The position numbers were made by a program, and so were the translations under genes. From a virus: a DNA stretch of 41,883 nt. Under the pieces are notes generated by a model. That model was not told the DNA's origin. It saw only the letters and a program-made list of their open reading frames with translations, and ran no database searches. Below are positions 22,192 to 31,730 of this stretch, in pieces. The stretch lies in the IMG/VR virus record IMGVR_UViG_3300045988_090545; one strand, 5' to 3'. Numbering within the stretch: position 1 is the first letter of the stretch; every line of letters starts with the position of its first letter.

Positions 22192-24183
22192 CTATCCTAT
22201 CAATCCATACGCTTGCAATGCTGTTATAAGGTCATTTACTTTGTTTGCAACCGTAGAAGCTGCTGTTGTACTGGTAGACGATATTTTGCTTACAGTTTTC
22301 TTGGTAGAACCTTGTATTCCAAAAAAACCTAAATATCCAAGCGATTTCCCTACACTTATTCCACCAGTAGATGTTATATTCAAAGCAGGGGCATTAATTG
22401 ATAGTCCGTTAACATCTATATTAAGAGTTCCATTGATTTTGTGTGTGTGCCCTATTGCAAGTTCAGTATCACCGGATATTTTTACATTGTTTCCTATGCT
22501 AATAGTACCGCTTGTGACACTTTGCGTATTTATGTTATCAACATACAAATTCTTAGCTTTCAAACTTCCAGTAGTTGTAATTCCACTTGCTGTAAGTATA
22601 GTCGAATCAGAACTACGACTTGCTCTTATTCCTGCTCCGTCCATACCCAACGTGTAATTACTGTAATTTAACACAATCGTACTATAATCTTGTGATGCTG
22701 ATTGTAAATTGATAGTTCCTCCGGTTATATCAATGCTTTTCGCAGTGACTTTTCCATCAGAAGAAATAGAAAAGTTCGTGGAGTCCAATACAAACCGATT
22801 ACCGGAAATGCTTACTTGTCCACTCTCAACGCTCAACTGCGAACTGACATCACCTTTGGAAACTTTCAACTTGATTTGGTCGGCTTGAACAGAAATTGCC
22901 GCCGCCAGATCTGTTTCTACTCCTTGCGCACGGGTTGATTCAAGTTCAATCTTTCCTGCTGTCTGTGTAATCTTCGTATCCAGGCCATTCTCTACATTCT
23001 TGATTTCAGACCGAGTTTCCTCAACAGTACGTTCTAACTCATTTGTTTTTCCAAGTAATTGCTTAATATCATATTCATAACCATTTACCTTTTTGGTACG
23101 GTATTCTTTACCTTCGCTAAAATAACTGTCTTGCAATTTCTGAATACCATTTAAGGTTCTTTGCATTACATACGTGTAAACTAAATCTGTTTTTGTATTT
23201 ACTCTGATTCCGTCACCGACTTCTATACAAGGGTTTCCTTGCGCTGTAATTTTTGCCGGTCTGTACCATATTCCGTAAATAATACTAAGGACATTGTCTG
23301 CTATGATCTGCAACTCTTTTGCAGATTTTCCATATACCAAAAAATTGTTTTCAATAATATAGCAGTTATTTCCAGTACCGGATATTGCACCAATATCACT
23401 TTCAGTCTGTCGAATTTGTAATTTATCAATTTTTTTGCATATATAATCTTCGTATTGGCAAGATATGTAACTGTTGCCCGGAACTTTTGTGACATTTGTG
23501 TTAGACTGAGGATATAAACCTTTTTGAGGATATAACCCTTTTTTGGGATACAATCCCTGGCTCATCATCTGCAAAATTATGTACTGAAGTTTTCCATTTC
23601 TACCAAAATGTCCAAAACATCCGTTTATTTCACAAATTGCTTCTAATACTTTTTTACCTGACAATTCACTTGGCTTTATAGTTTTTTCAACTAGCATTGA
23701 ATCGTTTACAAGACTAATTGTCTCCGAATCAATACCTAAATATTCGCAAAAACTGTTTCGAAAATTTAATAATGATAAAGGAAACGCTAAACTGTTGTAC
23801 CATGCAGATACATCGGCATTTGCAACGTCGTACATTTTGTCATAAGCTGTGATATCTCGATATTTTCTATCTCCGGATTTTTCATCAGATATTACATTAT
23901 AATCACCATATTGAAACGGTTTTTCAGAATGTCCTCCCAAAATAGAAAAAACACTTAGTTTTTTGTTTTTTAAACTGCTGACGGAATTTGTTACACGAAA
24001 TTTCAGTTCAGATGCTTCACAACATCCAAAACGTAATTCGTTTTCCGAGCAAAGTCCCTCTTTCAAAGACCATTCCTCGCAGTGCAAATCTGTATTGTCG
24101 AGTGTACCGCCATTGAATTTAATAGATATTTCTCTTTTTATGGAATTTTCAAGAAATAATGATTCATATTCGTAATTAATCAT
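22192..24183 (-). CDS. Tail-associated (Tal / prophage-tail endopeptidase-like) baseplate protein with C-terminal fibre-like extension
   Basis: 663 aa directly after the Dit-like gene. N-terminus ..SLKEGLCSENELRFGCCEASELKFRV... C-terminal coiled and beta-rich region. Confidence 0.7.
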   Translation of the reverse strand: MINYEYESLFLENSIKREISIKFNGGTLDNTDLHCEEWSLKEGLCSENELRFGCCEASELKFRVTNSVSSLKNKKLSVFSILGGHSEKPFQYGDYNVISDEKSGDRKYRDITAYDKMYDVANADVSAWYNSLAFPLSLLNFRNSFCEYLGIDSETISLVNDSMLVEKTIKPSELSGKKVLEAICEINGCFGHFGRNGKLQYIILQMMSQGLYPKKGLYPQKGLYPQSNTNVTKVPGNSYISCQYEDYICKKIDKLQIRQTESDIGAISGTGNNCYIIENNFLVYGKSAKELQIIADNVLSIIYGIWYRPAKITAQGNPCIEVGDGIRVNTKTDLVYTYVMQRTLNGIQKLQDSYFSEGKEYRTKKVNGYEYDIKQLLGKTNELERTVEETRSEIKNVENGLDTKITQTAGKIELESTRAQGVETDLAAAISVQADQIKLKVSKGDVSSQLSVESGQVSISGNRFVLDSTNFSISSDGKVTAKSIDITGGTINLQSASQDYSTIVLNYSNYTLGMDGAGIRASRSSDSTILTASGITTTGSLKAKNLYVDNINTQSVTSGTISIGNNVKISGDTELAIGHTHKINGTLNIDVNGLSINAPALNITSTGGISVGKSLGYLGFFGIQGSTKKTVSKISSTSTTAASTVANKVNDLITALQAYGLIG

Positions 24184-24184
24184 A

Positions 24185-24583
24185 TCAATATCCTATAAAT
24201 GCAATTCTTAATGGTGCATATTGTATATTGTTATCTTTTATAGTTTGTATCTGAGGTTGCGGTTCTGCCATATACGCATCTTGTGTTACATATCCGTTAT
24301 ATTCCAATATAAACGCGGTAATTGAAACTTTTCTTTCCAATTCATTAATATAATTTCTTCGAATCATATCCATAATTTGTCCATATTGTTCATTATCTAA
24401 CGGTATAGTTTCAAACTCGCACTTGATAGGTACATGAGACAGTGCTTCCCGATGTAACACACCGTTTGCATCCCGGTAAGAATCAAGGTCCTGCACGGAA
24501 GCATATCCCTTGTATGTTTTTTCTTTTATATACTTCATATTGAATATTTCATTGCCTATTTTTAATAAAAACCCGGAATACAT
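24185..24583 (-). CDS. Distal tail (Dit)-position protein, short form
   Basis: 132 aa immediately after the tape measure. RBS GGAGGTG upstream. Call based on synteny only. Confidence 0.5.
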   Translation of the reverse strand: MYSGFLLKIGNEIFNMKYIKEKTYKGYASVQDLDSYRDANGVLHREALSHVPIKCEFETIPLDNEQYGQIMDMIRRNYINELERKVSITAFILEYNGYVTQDAYMAEPQPQIQTIKDNNIQYAPLRIAFIGY

Positions 24584-24600
24584 AACTTACATACACCTCC

Positions 24601-26553
24601 TTAATACTGAAATGCACTTCTTCCGGTGCGTTGAATATAGCTGTCGTTCTGCTTTTTTACAACGCGGAACACTTCCCAACCGTCAATGTTTATAACAATA
24701 TCGCCGCTCTCGCTCTGCCGGTAATATCCACTTTCTTGCAATGCTTCAACCATAGCTTGTTTCATGGTTGACAGAGGAGACACCACTTCGGTCTCTCTGT
24801 TGTTGTCACCCAGTATAGCTGCAAACTCTCTTGACTGCCTGGGAACAACCGTACCGGTTGCAAGACGTGGCAGTGATACTGGTGTGATGTTAAATCCGAT
24901 ATGCTTTCCACCAATGGCTGGCACTATATCGGGGATGTCAAAACTAATTGCATTCAGCGCACCGATGATTCTGTTAATGCTTCCCTCAACTATATCAATG
25001 ATGACATTAAGAATGCCCTTAAGGACATCTTTCACACCTTCCCATGCCTGCTTCCAATTTCCGGTAAATACTCCAGTGATAAACTTGATCAAACCACTTA
25101 AAATATCAATTACATGAGATATAATGTTTTTAACCATTGTAAGAAAAGGCTTTAACTGTCCAGACATAGCCTGGATGCATACCTTCCATTTTATCGATAC
25201 AAGGTCCAATACGGTTTTCAGAAACTCAAATATAGTTCCGATTTCTTCCGATTTCTCAACGAACATATCTCCCATGTCGGAGAAAAACTGAGACACATCG
25301 TTCAATATTCCAACAAAGGTCTCTCCGAGGAATGCTGCAAACGGGGCAAACACTTCGTTCCATATCTCATTCAGATACGGGGAAATCACTTCAAATGCCT
25401 TATTACAAGCTTCTACTGCACTGGCCAACAGATTAAAAAATGCCGGTAGTGCATCTTCAATTACGAAACTACCGAGCGGCTCTAAAACGTTCTCAAGTAG
25501 CCACAAAAGGCCTTTTCCGATATTATCCGTTAATGGCTCGATTGCTGTTTTCAATTTCTCAAAGCTGTCAATCAGCGGTTGGAAATCAATATTCTTGAAC
25601 CAGTTCTGCAGACTTTCTTTTATCGGATCAAGGATGGATTTCAGTTTGCTTGCCAATCCCGCAATCTTACTCTCAATCGGTGCAACCTCAAACATATCGT
25701 TGGGAGACACCGTACCGCCTGCACCGCTGTTGTCCTGCTTGGACTGGTTATTCAGTTCATCAATACTTGCTAATGATCCTTTTGCTTTCTTTGCCGCCGC
25801 CGCGGTCCCGTTAAGGCTCTTTGCATAGTTCTCTTGCACCTTGATAGCCTTTGTAAAGGTACTTGCTCCGGTCAGTGCCGCAAAAAACTGCCCGACATAA
25901 TTCATGGCAGTGCTCAACAAGCTGATAAGCCTTGTCAAAATCGGTTCTATTACCGTCAGAATCGGTGCAAATGCCACAGCGAAGCTATTCTTTAACTGCG
26001 TGAGAGCCGATTTAAGGTTGCTCAATGCCGTGTTGGTAGGATTTACACCATCATTGAATTGAGCAAGGTTCTTTAAGCCCTCAACCATCGAAGAGCGCAA
26101 CTTATTGATAAGTGCTATCAGACTTTGAACTCCAAAAACATATTTAAGCATGGTTTTTAAACCAACTTTGAAACCTCCACTGCTTTTTTTAGCAGAATCT
26201 CCCATTTTTCTGATAGATTTAGATGCTTTTTCAGAAGCGTCTCTAATATTCTTAATACTATTTGCCTTATCTTCCATTCCGTTTTTAGAATTTTCCAAAG
26301 ACTGTATTTCTGCATTAAGTCCAGATATGTTATTTTTTGCCCTATCTATTTCAGAAACAAGTGTATCGTAATACTTCAAATCATCTTGACTTGGAGCAAT
26401 TCCAATTTCTTTAGATGTGGAAAAAATTCTATCCATTCTTTCTTTTGTTGCTTCCAAATTTTTTATATAGGACTCTAAATTAGAAATTTCCTTTTTAGCT
26501 TGGTCTATTCTAATTTCAGTATCAATTACAACAGCATTATTTGCCACACGCAC
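24601..26553 (-). CDS. Tape measure protein
   Basis: 650 aa, helical with low-complexity N-terminal coiled coil and central hydrophobic helices. Sits after the chaperone pair. GTG start. Confidence 0.85.
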   Translation of the reverse strand: MRVANNAVVIDTEIRIDQAKKEISNLESYIKNLEATKERMDRIFSTSKEIGIAPSQDDLKYYDTLVSEIDRAKNNISGLNAEIQSLENSKNGMEDKANSIKNIRDASEKASKSIRKMGDSAKKSSGGFKVGLKTMLKYVFGVQSLIALINKLRSSMVEGLKNLAQFNDGVNPTNTALSNLKSALTQLKNSFAVAFAPILTVIEPILTRLISLLSTAMNYVGQFFAALTGASTFTKAIKVQENYAKSLNGTAAAAKKAKGSLASIDELNNQSKQDNSGAGGTVSPNDMFEVAPIESKIAGLASKLKSILDPIKESLQNWFKNIDFQPLIDSFEKLKTAIEPLTDNIGKGLLWLLENVLEPLGSFVIEDALPAFFNLLASAVEACNKAFEVISPYLNEIWNEVFAPFAAFLGETFVGILNDVSQFFSDMGDMFVEKSEEIGTIFEFLKTVLDLVSIKWKVCIQAMSGQLKPFLTMVKNIISHVIDILSGLIKFITGVFTGNWKQAWEGVKDVLKGILNVIIDIVEGSINRIIGALNAISFDIPDIVPAIGGKHIGFNITPVSLPRLATGTVVPRQSREFAAILGDNNRETEVVSPLSTMKQAMVEALQESGYYRQSESGDIVINIDGWEVFRVVKKQNDSYIQRTGRSAFQY

Positions 26554-26556
26554 CGC

Positions 26557-27150
26557 CTATCCTAGCAGTTCCTTGAGGGCTTTTTCATCTTCCTCACGCT
26601 CCCGCTTCTCCTGCTCTGTCAATTTATTCTTAAGCAGCACCACATCCTTATTATCCCGGATGTAATCCTGCTCCCACTTTTCCAATTTCTTCCCGGTGGC
26701 TCTTTTCTGTCGTATGGATAGGATATGAGTAAAAGTACACTCGCCTATCTCCATGTACGATGACAGAAATGTCCACCAGTGCATATACTTGTCCGCGCGG
26801 ATTTCTCTACCAACCACACGGTTTACTGCCGGGATGATCAGTGTTGCATCCTGCTCCCAGTCCATAACCCGCGGACTCGGTTTGTCCGTTTTTTCGATAC
26901 CCATGTCGATAAATTCCGCCACACCTTTGAATGCATCTTCCAAATCCTCATCAGGTATGCTGTCGGGATTCTCAAACATGATCTGCCGTATGATCTCACT
27001 TTGGATGTAATTTGTCTCTGCCGGTGTATCCCCGGTCATATCCTTGTCAGAAAGGGCGGTCAGCACATCCAACACCGCCCTATAATCTGTCCTGATAAGA
27101 TATTCATGTCCGTTTGCTGTTACGTATGTAGGCAATTCCCATAGATTCAT
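26557..27150 (-). CDS. Tail assembly chaperone (Gp15-like)
   Basis: MNLWELPTYVTANGHEYLIRTDYRAVLDVL.. resembles A118/SPP1-type Gp15. Position precedes the TMP. ATG at 27150 follows GAGG. Confidence 0.65.
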   Translation of the reverse strand: MNLWELPTYVTANGHEYLIRTDYRAVLDVLTALSDKDMTGDTPAETNYIQSEIIRQIMFENPDSIPDEDLEDAFKGVAEFIDMGIEKTDKPSPRVMDWEQDATLIIPAVNRVVGREIRADKYMHWWTFLSSYMEIGECTFTHILSIRQKRATGKKLEKWEQDYIRDNKDVVLLKNKLTEQEKREREEDEKALKELLG

Positions 27151-27158
27151 TCCAAACC

Positions 27159-27575
27159 TCACTTATGGTACTTACTGGTATACTGGTTGATTTTGGTCTG
27201 TACCTTTTCAAACCGCTTGCCGGTCTCTGCTTCAATCAGCTTGCCGATAGCATTGAGCACGTTCTCCACAAAAAATTCACCGTTGGCCAGAACAGTAAAT
27301 GGGGATGTGATGGAAAAGAAACTCTGCGATACGTTAGAATTGAACAGATAGTCAATCTGCTTATCCAGTTCTTCTTCCATTTCTTTCACAATGTCCACAA
27401 TATCCTTGCGCTCATCCACATTGTCTGCGATATGGCTCACTGCTTCAGCTACGTGCTCATACCGCTTGACCAGTTCCACATCCGCAGGATTCATTTCAAA
27501 CTTACCGAGCACGGTTCCGTTCTTGTCCTCAATGGTGTACTGTTCAAGTCCTCTATCAACTACGATTTTTCCCAT
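27159..27575 (-). CDS. Tail assembly chaperone (Gp14-like)
   Basis: 138-aa acidic protein between the major tail protein and the Gp15-like gene. Confidence 0.55.
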   Translation of the reverse strand: MGKIVVDRGLEQYTIEDKNGTVLGKFEMNPADVELVKRYEHVAEAVSHIADNVDERKDIVDIVKEMEEELDKQIDYLFNSNVSQSFFSITSPFTVLANGEFFVENVLNAIGKLIEAETGKRFEKVQTKINQYTSKYHK

Positions 27576-27595
27576 ATTCTTTCATCCTCTCTTTC

Positions 27596-28090
27596 TTATT
27601 CTGTGTCGCCTGCTGTGAATGTAGGCACCTTAGCAGCAATGGTTGCGGTTCCTTTGGTTCGGTTTCCGTCATACCAAAGATTGAAGTTGATCCCCAGCCC
27701 GGAAGTATCACCGCCATAAGAAGTGATCTCCACCTTGCCATCCTCTTCCCATGCATCGTATTTATTTCCGGCATCAGTCTTGTCAATCAGTACTTCAAGG
27801 ATTTTCACCTTGCAGTCATCACCGGACTTGCGATTCATAGCAATATCCTTAAGGAAATCGTAAATTGAATCTGCCGGGTCTGCATGATACGGTTCTACGC
27901 TGACCTGAGGAGCGTATCCCGTGTCACTTACAGATACATCACCAGTGACATCTTTGGTCTGCTCAAAAGATCCATTCATTTCGACACTCATGTCATCAAT
28001 ACCTTTTCCCAGTAAGTAATATGTCGGTGAAAGAGTACCGCTTGCCGGCTTCATGTACAGTGCGTGTGCTTCTCGCTTTAATTTAGACAT
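27596..28090 (-). CDS. Major tail protein
   Basis: 164 aa with a strong RBS (GGAGG). Sits after the head-tail joining genes and before the chaperones. No sheath gene is present, so the tail is siphovirus-type. Confidence 0.75.
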   Translation of the reverse strand: MSKLKREAHALYMKPASGTLSPTYYLLGKGIDDMSVEMNGSFEQTKDVTGDVSVSDTGYAPQVSVEPYHADPADSIYDFLKDIAMNRKSGDDCKVKILEVLIDKTDAGNKYDAWEEDGKVEITSYGGDTSGLGINFNLWYDGNRTKGTATIAAKVPTFTAGDTE

Positions 28091-28167
28091 AAAAAATAAC
28101 CTCCTACCTATAACTGTTTGAGTGATTAGGTTAGCGAGCGGCTTCCATATTGCCGCCCGATCGACTT

Positions 28168-28674
28168 CTACAAGTCAAATTCATTTTTATAAGTTGCTGT
28201 GATGTTAATGATCCAGTTCTCTGCCTTGTCCTCGTTAATAGAATCAAGGTATGAAGGACTTACTCTCTGTATCTGCTTGAACTCCCTATCCCCCGTAAGA
28301 ATCGGATACTCTTCCAACCGATACTCTGCATCATTTACCGTTATGGTCTGCCGTTCCAACCATCTACCAAGATTATCAAGCCACTCCTTGACCTTTGCTT
28401 TTCGGCTCTCCGATAGTCCGCTTGCCCGGTAAACCACGATAAACGGGTAATCGCAGGTCTGCTCCACATGGCCAGTCACATCCGTCTTTTCCTGTCGAAT
28501 TGCACTTCCTGTTGACGGGAACACTGCTTTCCCTTTGGAATCCCCCAGTGTAGCGTATTCGATGGAATCTCCCGGAGACAGTCCAGGATACTGGTTGATA
28601 AGGTCCATCAGAGCGGTTGTGACTACTTCTTGTCCGTCAAGATCATATCTTATTTCTTCTTTTTTCTCTTCCAT
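28168..28674 (-). CDS. Tail completion / neck protein
   Basis: 168 aa from the ATG at 28674, with RBS AGGTGG. Call based on synteny. Confidence 0.55.
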   Translation of the reverse strand: MEEKKEEIRYDLDGQEVVTTALMDLINQYPGLSPGDSIEYATLGDSKGKAVFPSTGSAIRQEKTDVTGHVEQTCDYPFIVVYRASGLSESRKAKVKEWLDNLGRWLERQTITVNDAEYRLEEYPILTGDREFKQIQRVSPSYLDSINEDKAENWIINITATYKNEFDL

Positions 28675-28681
28675 GATCCAC

Positions 28682-29119
28682 CTACTTTCCAGTGATCTCA
28701 AAATGCGGTATAACTCCCAGTTTTGACACGGAAGTTACGGCATACACACCGTCATAGGTGCTGTTCATGTAATCGTAAAATCCGTTCTCATAGTCATCAT
28801 CCGCAATGGGATCTTCCGTCCATTCCCCCACATAAAAAAAATCGAATTTCTCACCCGGTGTGAATGTGATTGTCTGTGGCAGAAGATCATTTGTCTGTCT
28901 GTCCCATGCCTTTGGAGTAAGATAGCTTTTTCCGGCAATCATATCTCCTGCATCGTACCGAACATTCAGAACCACATTGTCCTTGGACTCTTCCCCGTAC
29001 TTCTGGACGATAGCAGAACGGTCCGCCATGACATTTACATCATGCAAAACAGTAGGGTACCACATATCCCCCAAACGGCTCTCATATCGGTTGAAAATCG
29101 TTACTGTATCGGAATACAT
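28682..29119 (-). CDS. Head-tail joining protein
   Basis: 145-aa ORF. Call based on synteny with A118-like 'minor capsid' neck proteins. Confidence 0.55.
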   Translation of the reverse strand: MYSDTVTIFNRYESRLGDMWYPTVLHDVNVMADRSAIVQKYGEESKDNVVLNVRYDAGDMIAGKSYLTPKAWDRQTNDLLPQTITFTPGEKFDFFYVGEWTEDPIADDDYENGFYDYMNSTYDGVYAVTSVSKLGVIPHFEITGK

Positions 29120-29133
29120 AGCACCCTACCTCT

Positions 29134-29448
29134 TTACTCTTCTTTATTAAATCTTTTCCACAGTTCCGAGAATTTCTCCCAACCGTACATAGCCACAAAT
29201 GCTACGATAAATCCGGCAACGATAGCTGCAAGGATCATGTACCATAAGATAGCCTGTTGGATGTACTGCATATATGCAATGAATACAACCACAGTCAGTC
29301 CGATGGAAAGGACAAACACGAGAATGTCTGTCGGAATCTTGGAAAGAAAACTTACACCCTTGAATACCTGGGTAATTAAGGACACAAGGAATGCCAATAT
29401 TCCGATAATGGTTAATAACTGTGCAATACTTGTAATTGCAATTTCCAT
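29134..29448 (-). CDS. Holin-like membrane protein (Hol118/A118-type, 3 TM, charged C-terminus)
   Basis: 104 aa. TMs are IAQLLTIIGILAFLVSLITQVF, ILVFVLSIGLTVVVFIAYM and AILWYMILAAIVAGFIVAFVAMY, with tail GWEKFSELWKRFNKEE. QVFKGVSFLSKIPTDILVFVLSIG resembles the Hol118 [21 protein letters not shown] segment. RBS GGAGGTG upstream. Confidence 0.65.
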   Translation of the reverse strand: MEIAITSIAQLLTIIGILAFLVSLITQVFKGVSFLSKIPTDILVFVLSIGLTVVVFIAYMQYIQQAILWYMILAAIVAGFIVAFVAMYGWEKFSELWKRFNKEE

Positions 29449-29449
29449 G

Positions 29450-29902
29450 TTACACCTCCACATAATAAGGATATGCTCCACCAAACAGAAGATTTACTCC
29501 GTTTTTGTCTTTTGTACCTCTCAGGTATTCGTTGATGGTATCCGCGTATAGTCTTGATTGTGCAGATTTGTCTGACAAGACCTTGCCTATCAGGCCACTA
29601 CCAGTATCATAAGAGATACTTTCGTTTCCGGCCGATACGGATTTCACTGTCTTATTGCCCTCTGCTTCTGTTTCTGCCTTTTCAATCTTTGCCATGATGT
29701 CCACCAAAGCACATTCACAGCGTTTTACTGCTTCGGCATCGTATGCCACATCCGGGAATGCAAAATCCAGCTTGCATCTACCATCAACACCCGTCACAGC
29801 ATTCTTGACAAGCTTTTCAGCGTTCCAAATGAGCCGATTAAAAACCGTCTCATCAACAGTAGTCCCGTATAAAGTTTTGTAAAACTCATAGTCTACATAC
29901 AT
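29450..29902 (-). CDS. Head-tail connector (gp6-like adaptor)
   Basis: 150 aa. N-terminus MYVDYEFYKTLYG..DETVFNRLIWNAEKLV is typical of head-tail connector proteins. Lies downstream of the capsid gene. Confidence 0.6.
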   Translation of the reverse strand: MYVDYEFYKTLYGTTVDETVFNRLIWNAEKLVKNAVTGVDGRCKLDFAFPDVAYDAEAVKRCECALVDIMAKIEKAETEAEGNKTVKSVSAGNESISYDTGSGLIGKVLSDKSAQSRLYADTINEYLRGTKDKNGVNLLFGGAYPYYVEV

Positions 29903-29908
29903 ACTGAT

Positions 29909-30013
29909 TTACCCCTGTTTTGCTAAAAACTCGTCAATAATGTCTGCCTTCTTCGTCTTGGTTATGCTATAGCCCAACTCATCAGCCAAAGATCTGATTT
30001 CAGCAACCGTCAT
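29909..30013 (-). CDS. Mini HeH/SAP (Rho-N-like) domain protein (34 aa)
   Basis: MTVAEIRSLADELGYSITKTKKADIIDEFLAKQG fits the helix-extended-helix motif. Weak SD. Not in the ORF track. Confidence 0.4.
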   Translation of the reverse strand: MTVAEIRSLADELGYSITKTKKADIIDEFLAKQG

Positions 30014-30057
30014 GCCATTCAGATCTTCGGCTGTGTATCTGCTTAAGCTATAGCCTG

Positions 30058-30960
30058 TTATTCCCCCAGGCTTGCCGCTGCTGCCTGCGTAATGGTTCCC
30101 TTGATGACACCCTTGTCATTATCTGCGAAAATCTTAATTCCAGATAAAACAGTGTCATCAGCGGTCAGCCTGTCGTAATCTGCGTATTCATGGACCGCAA
30201 TAAATCCAGTTTCGTCAGAGTAGAAAGCGAATGCCTTTGCAAGATCACTTTCGTTGGCAGGAACATAGTAACCTACGATGTTCTCTTTTGCAGTGGCAAA
30301 AAAGGTGTTCTTGGTAATACTACTGTTCATGATCACGGTTCCAAGACCCAGGAAATTCTCGACATAATTGAAACCAAAAGCAGTCTGTACAGTAATATTT
30401 GCCTTGCCAAGGTAATCAGCGACATCTTCCGCATTTACGAAAAATACAGTTTCTACATTGTCATTTTCGTAAATGTTCTGAAGTTTGCCCCACGCATCAG
30501 CAAAAGCTGCCTGCGCTCCCACACCAGTAGCAGTGGGCTGTCCAGCAATAGTAAGGGATGTAATAATATTTTTTCTGATGCCGGACTGAATGTCCTGGAG
30601 CATCTTTTCTGTCGTCTCATTGTGTGCCTGCTCATACCCCTTATCCAAAATAGCTTCTGCGGTAGTGGCTTTTCTCCATTTTCCAAGAACAATCTCTCCA
30701 ATAGGGGTATCAACCGTGCTATACTTAGACAGAGGAATGATTTCACCCTCAGGAACAGTACCGTCCTGCAGGGTACCAGTTACAGTATGTCTCTTAAGCA
30801 TTGTTCCTGCCTGCTTAGGAATCAGTCTCATAATTCCCAGCAGCTCCATCAGCTTTTTGATGGAATAGCCAAAACGAGAAACAAAATCAATCTGACGAAC
30901 AGTGACAAGGTTTTCGCTTTTAATCAGGTTGTCTTCTGCGGCTGTCGTAATGTTTGCCAT
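30058..30960 (-). CDS. Major capsid protein
   Basis: 300 aa with a strong RBS (GGAGG), directly after the scaffold gene. Confidence 0.85.
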   Translation of the reverse strand: MANITTAAEDNLIKSENLVTVRQIDFVSRFGYSIKKLMELLGIMRLIPKQAGTMLKRHTVTGTLQDGTVPEGEIIPLSKYSTVDTPIGEIVLGKWRKATTAEAILDKGYEQAHNETTEKMLQDIQSGIRKNIITSLTIAGQPTATGVGAQAAFADAWGKLQNIYENDNVETVFFVNAEDVADYLGKANITVQTAFGFNYVENFLGLGTVIMNSSITKNTFFATAKENIVGYYVPANESDLAKAFAFYSDETGFIAVHEYADYDRLTADDTVLSGIKIFADNDKGVIKGTITQAAAASLGE

Positions 30961-31023
30961 AAAAATACCTCCAATAGTTTTTGTTGGTTAGCGATCCGCT
31001 CAAATTGCGAACCGGTTATTGAT

Positions 31024-31644
31024 TTACTGGAAAAGCTGCGGGTTTTCAGCAATTAATTTCTGTCTTTCCGCTGTACCGTAAATAAATTTTCCAGTCTTAG
31101 GATCTGTGGCATAGATATCTTCTTTGGACTTGATACCGCCACCATTGTTACCACCCTTATTTACGCTTGTAAAATGGGGAGTAACACTATTCTCTGCCTT
31201 GAACAGCATCTTGCTGTCTTCGGCTTCTGACAGAGCCTTAATAGCACTTTCAATATCAGATTTCTGATTCTTGGATGCTTTCAGAGTGGGAATGTCAAGG
31301 CATCCCATGATGGCTTTTTCATTCAGACCGTTGGCAGATTTGATAGCTTCCTTCAGCAGATCATCGAAATCTCTGTCGGCAATCTTCTGCTTATAATCTT
31401 TCTCTGCATCTTCTGCTTTTTTCTTCCAGTCTGCAATGGACTTGTTCAGCTTTTCAACATCAACCCCGTCAAAGCCTTTTAAGGTCTCTTCCGCGGTATC
31501 TGCCCTGCCTTTTTCTTTGTCACGCTCCGCGGTCATATCGTCCAATTTCTTCTGAATTTTGTCGATATCCTTGCCATTCTCAGCCATGACAAAATTAATC
31601 TGCTCCTGAGTTAATCCCTGTGCTTTTAATTCCTCTGTTTTCAT
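31024..31644 (-). CDS. Scaffolding protein (GP20-like)
   Basis: 206 aa from MKTEELKAQGLTQEQINFVMAENGKDIDKIQKKL... Highly charged coiled coil. RBS GGAGG upstream. Confidence 0.8.
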   Translation of the reverse strand: MKTEELKAQGLTQEQINFVMAENGKDIDKIQKKLDDMTAERDKEKGRADTAEETLKGFDGVDVEKLNKSIADWKKKAEDAEKDYKQKIADRDFDDLLKEAIKSANGLNEKAIMGCLDIPTLKASKNQKSDIESAIKALSEAEDSKMLFKAENSVTPHFTSVNKGGNNGGGIKSKEDIYATDPKTGKFIYGTAERQKLIAENPQLFQ

Positions 31645-31730
31645 ACAATCCTCCATATTAGGTTGTTTTAGGTCTGTAACCATCGACCATGTTGTTGTGT
31701 ATGCTTGTCATTTTAGGTCTGCCGACCAAA

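Noticed and set aside
30013-30090. Possible -1 frameshift extension of the major capsid protein into the HeH mini-domain. The -1 frame is open from 30090 through the capsid stop into 29909-30013.
   Set aside because: There is no canonical slippery heptamer at CTGGGGGAA and no downstream structure. The HeH motif is complete from its own ATG. Kept only as an independent 34-aa ORF at low confidence.
30190-31056. 288-aa plus-strand ORF opposite the major capsid gene. Similar antisense ORFs lie at 35041..35886, 19465..20124, 32409..32972, 38093..38689 and 38794..39333.
   Set aside because: Each is antisense to a gene with strong functional and synteny support, and each lacks translation signals.
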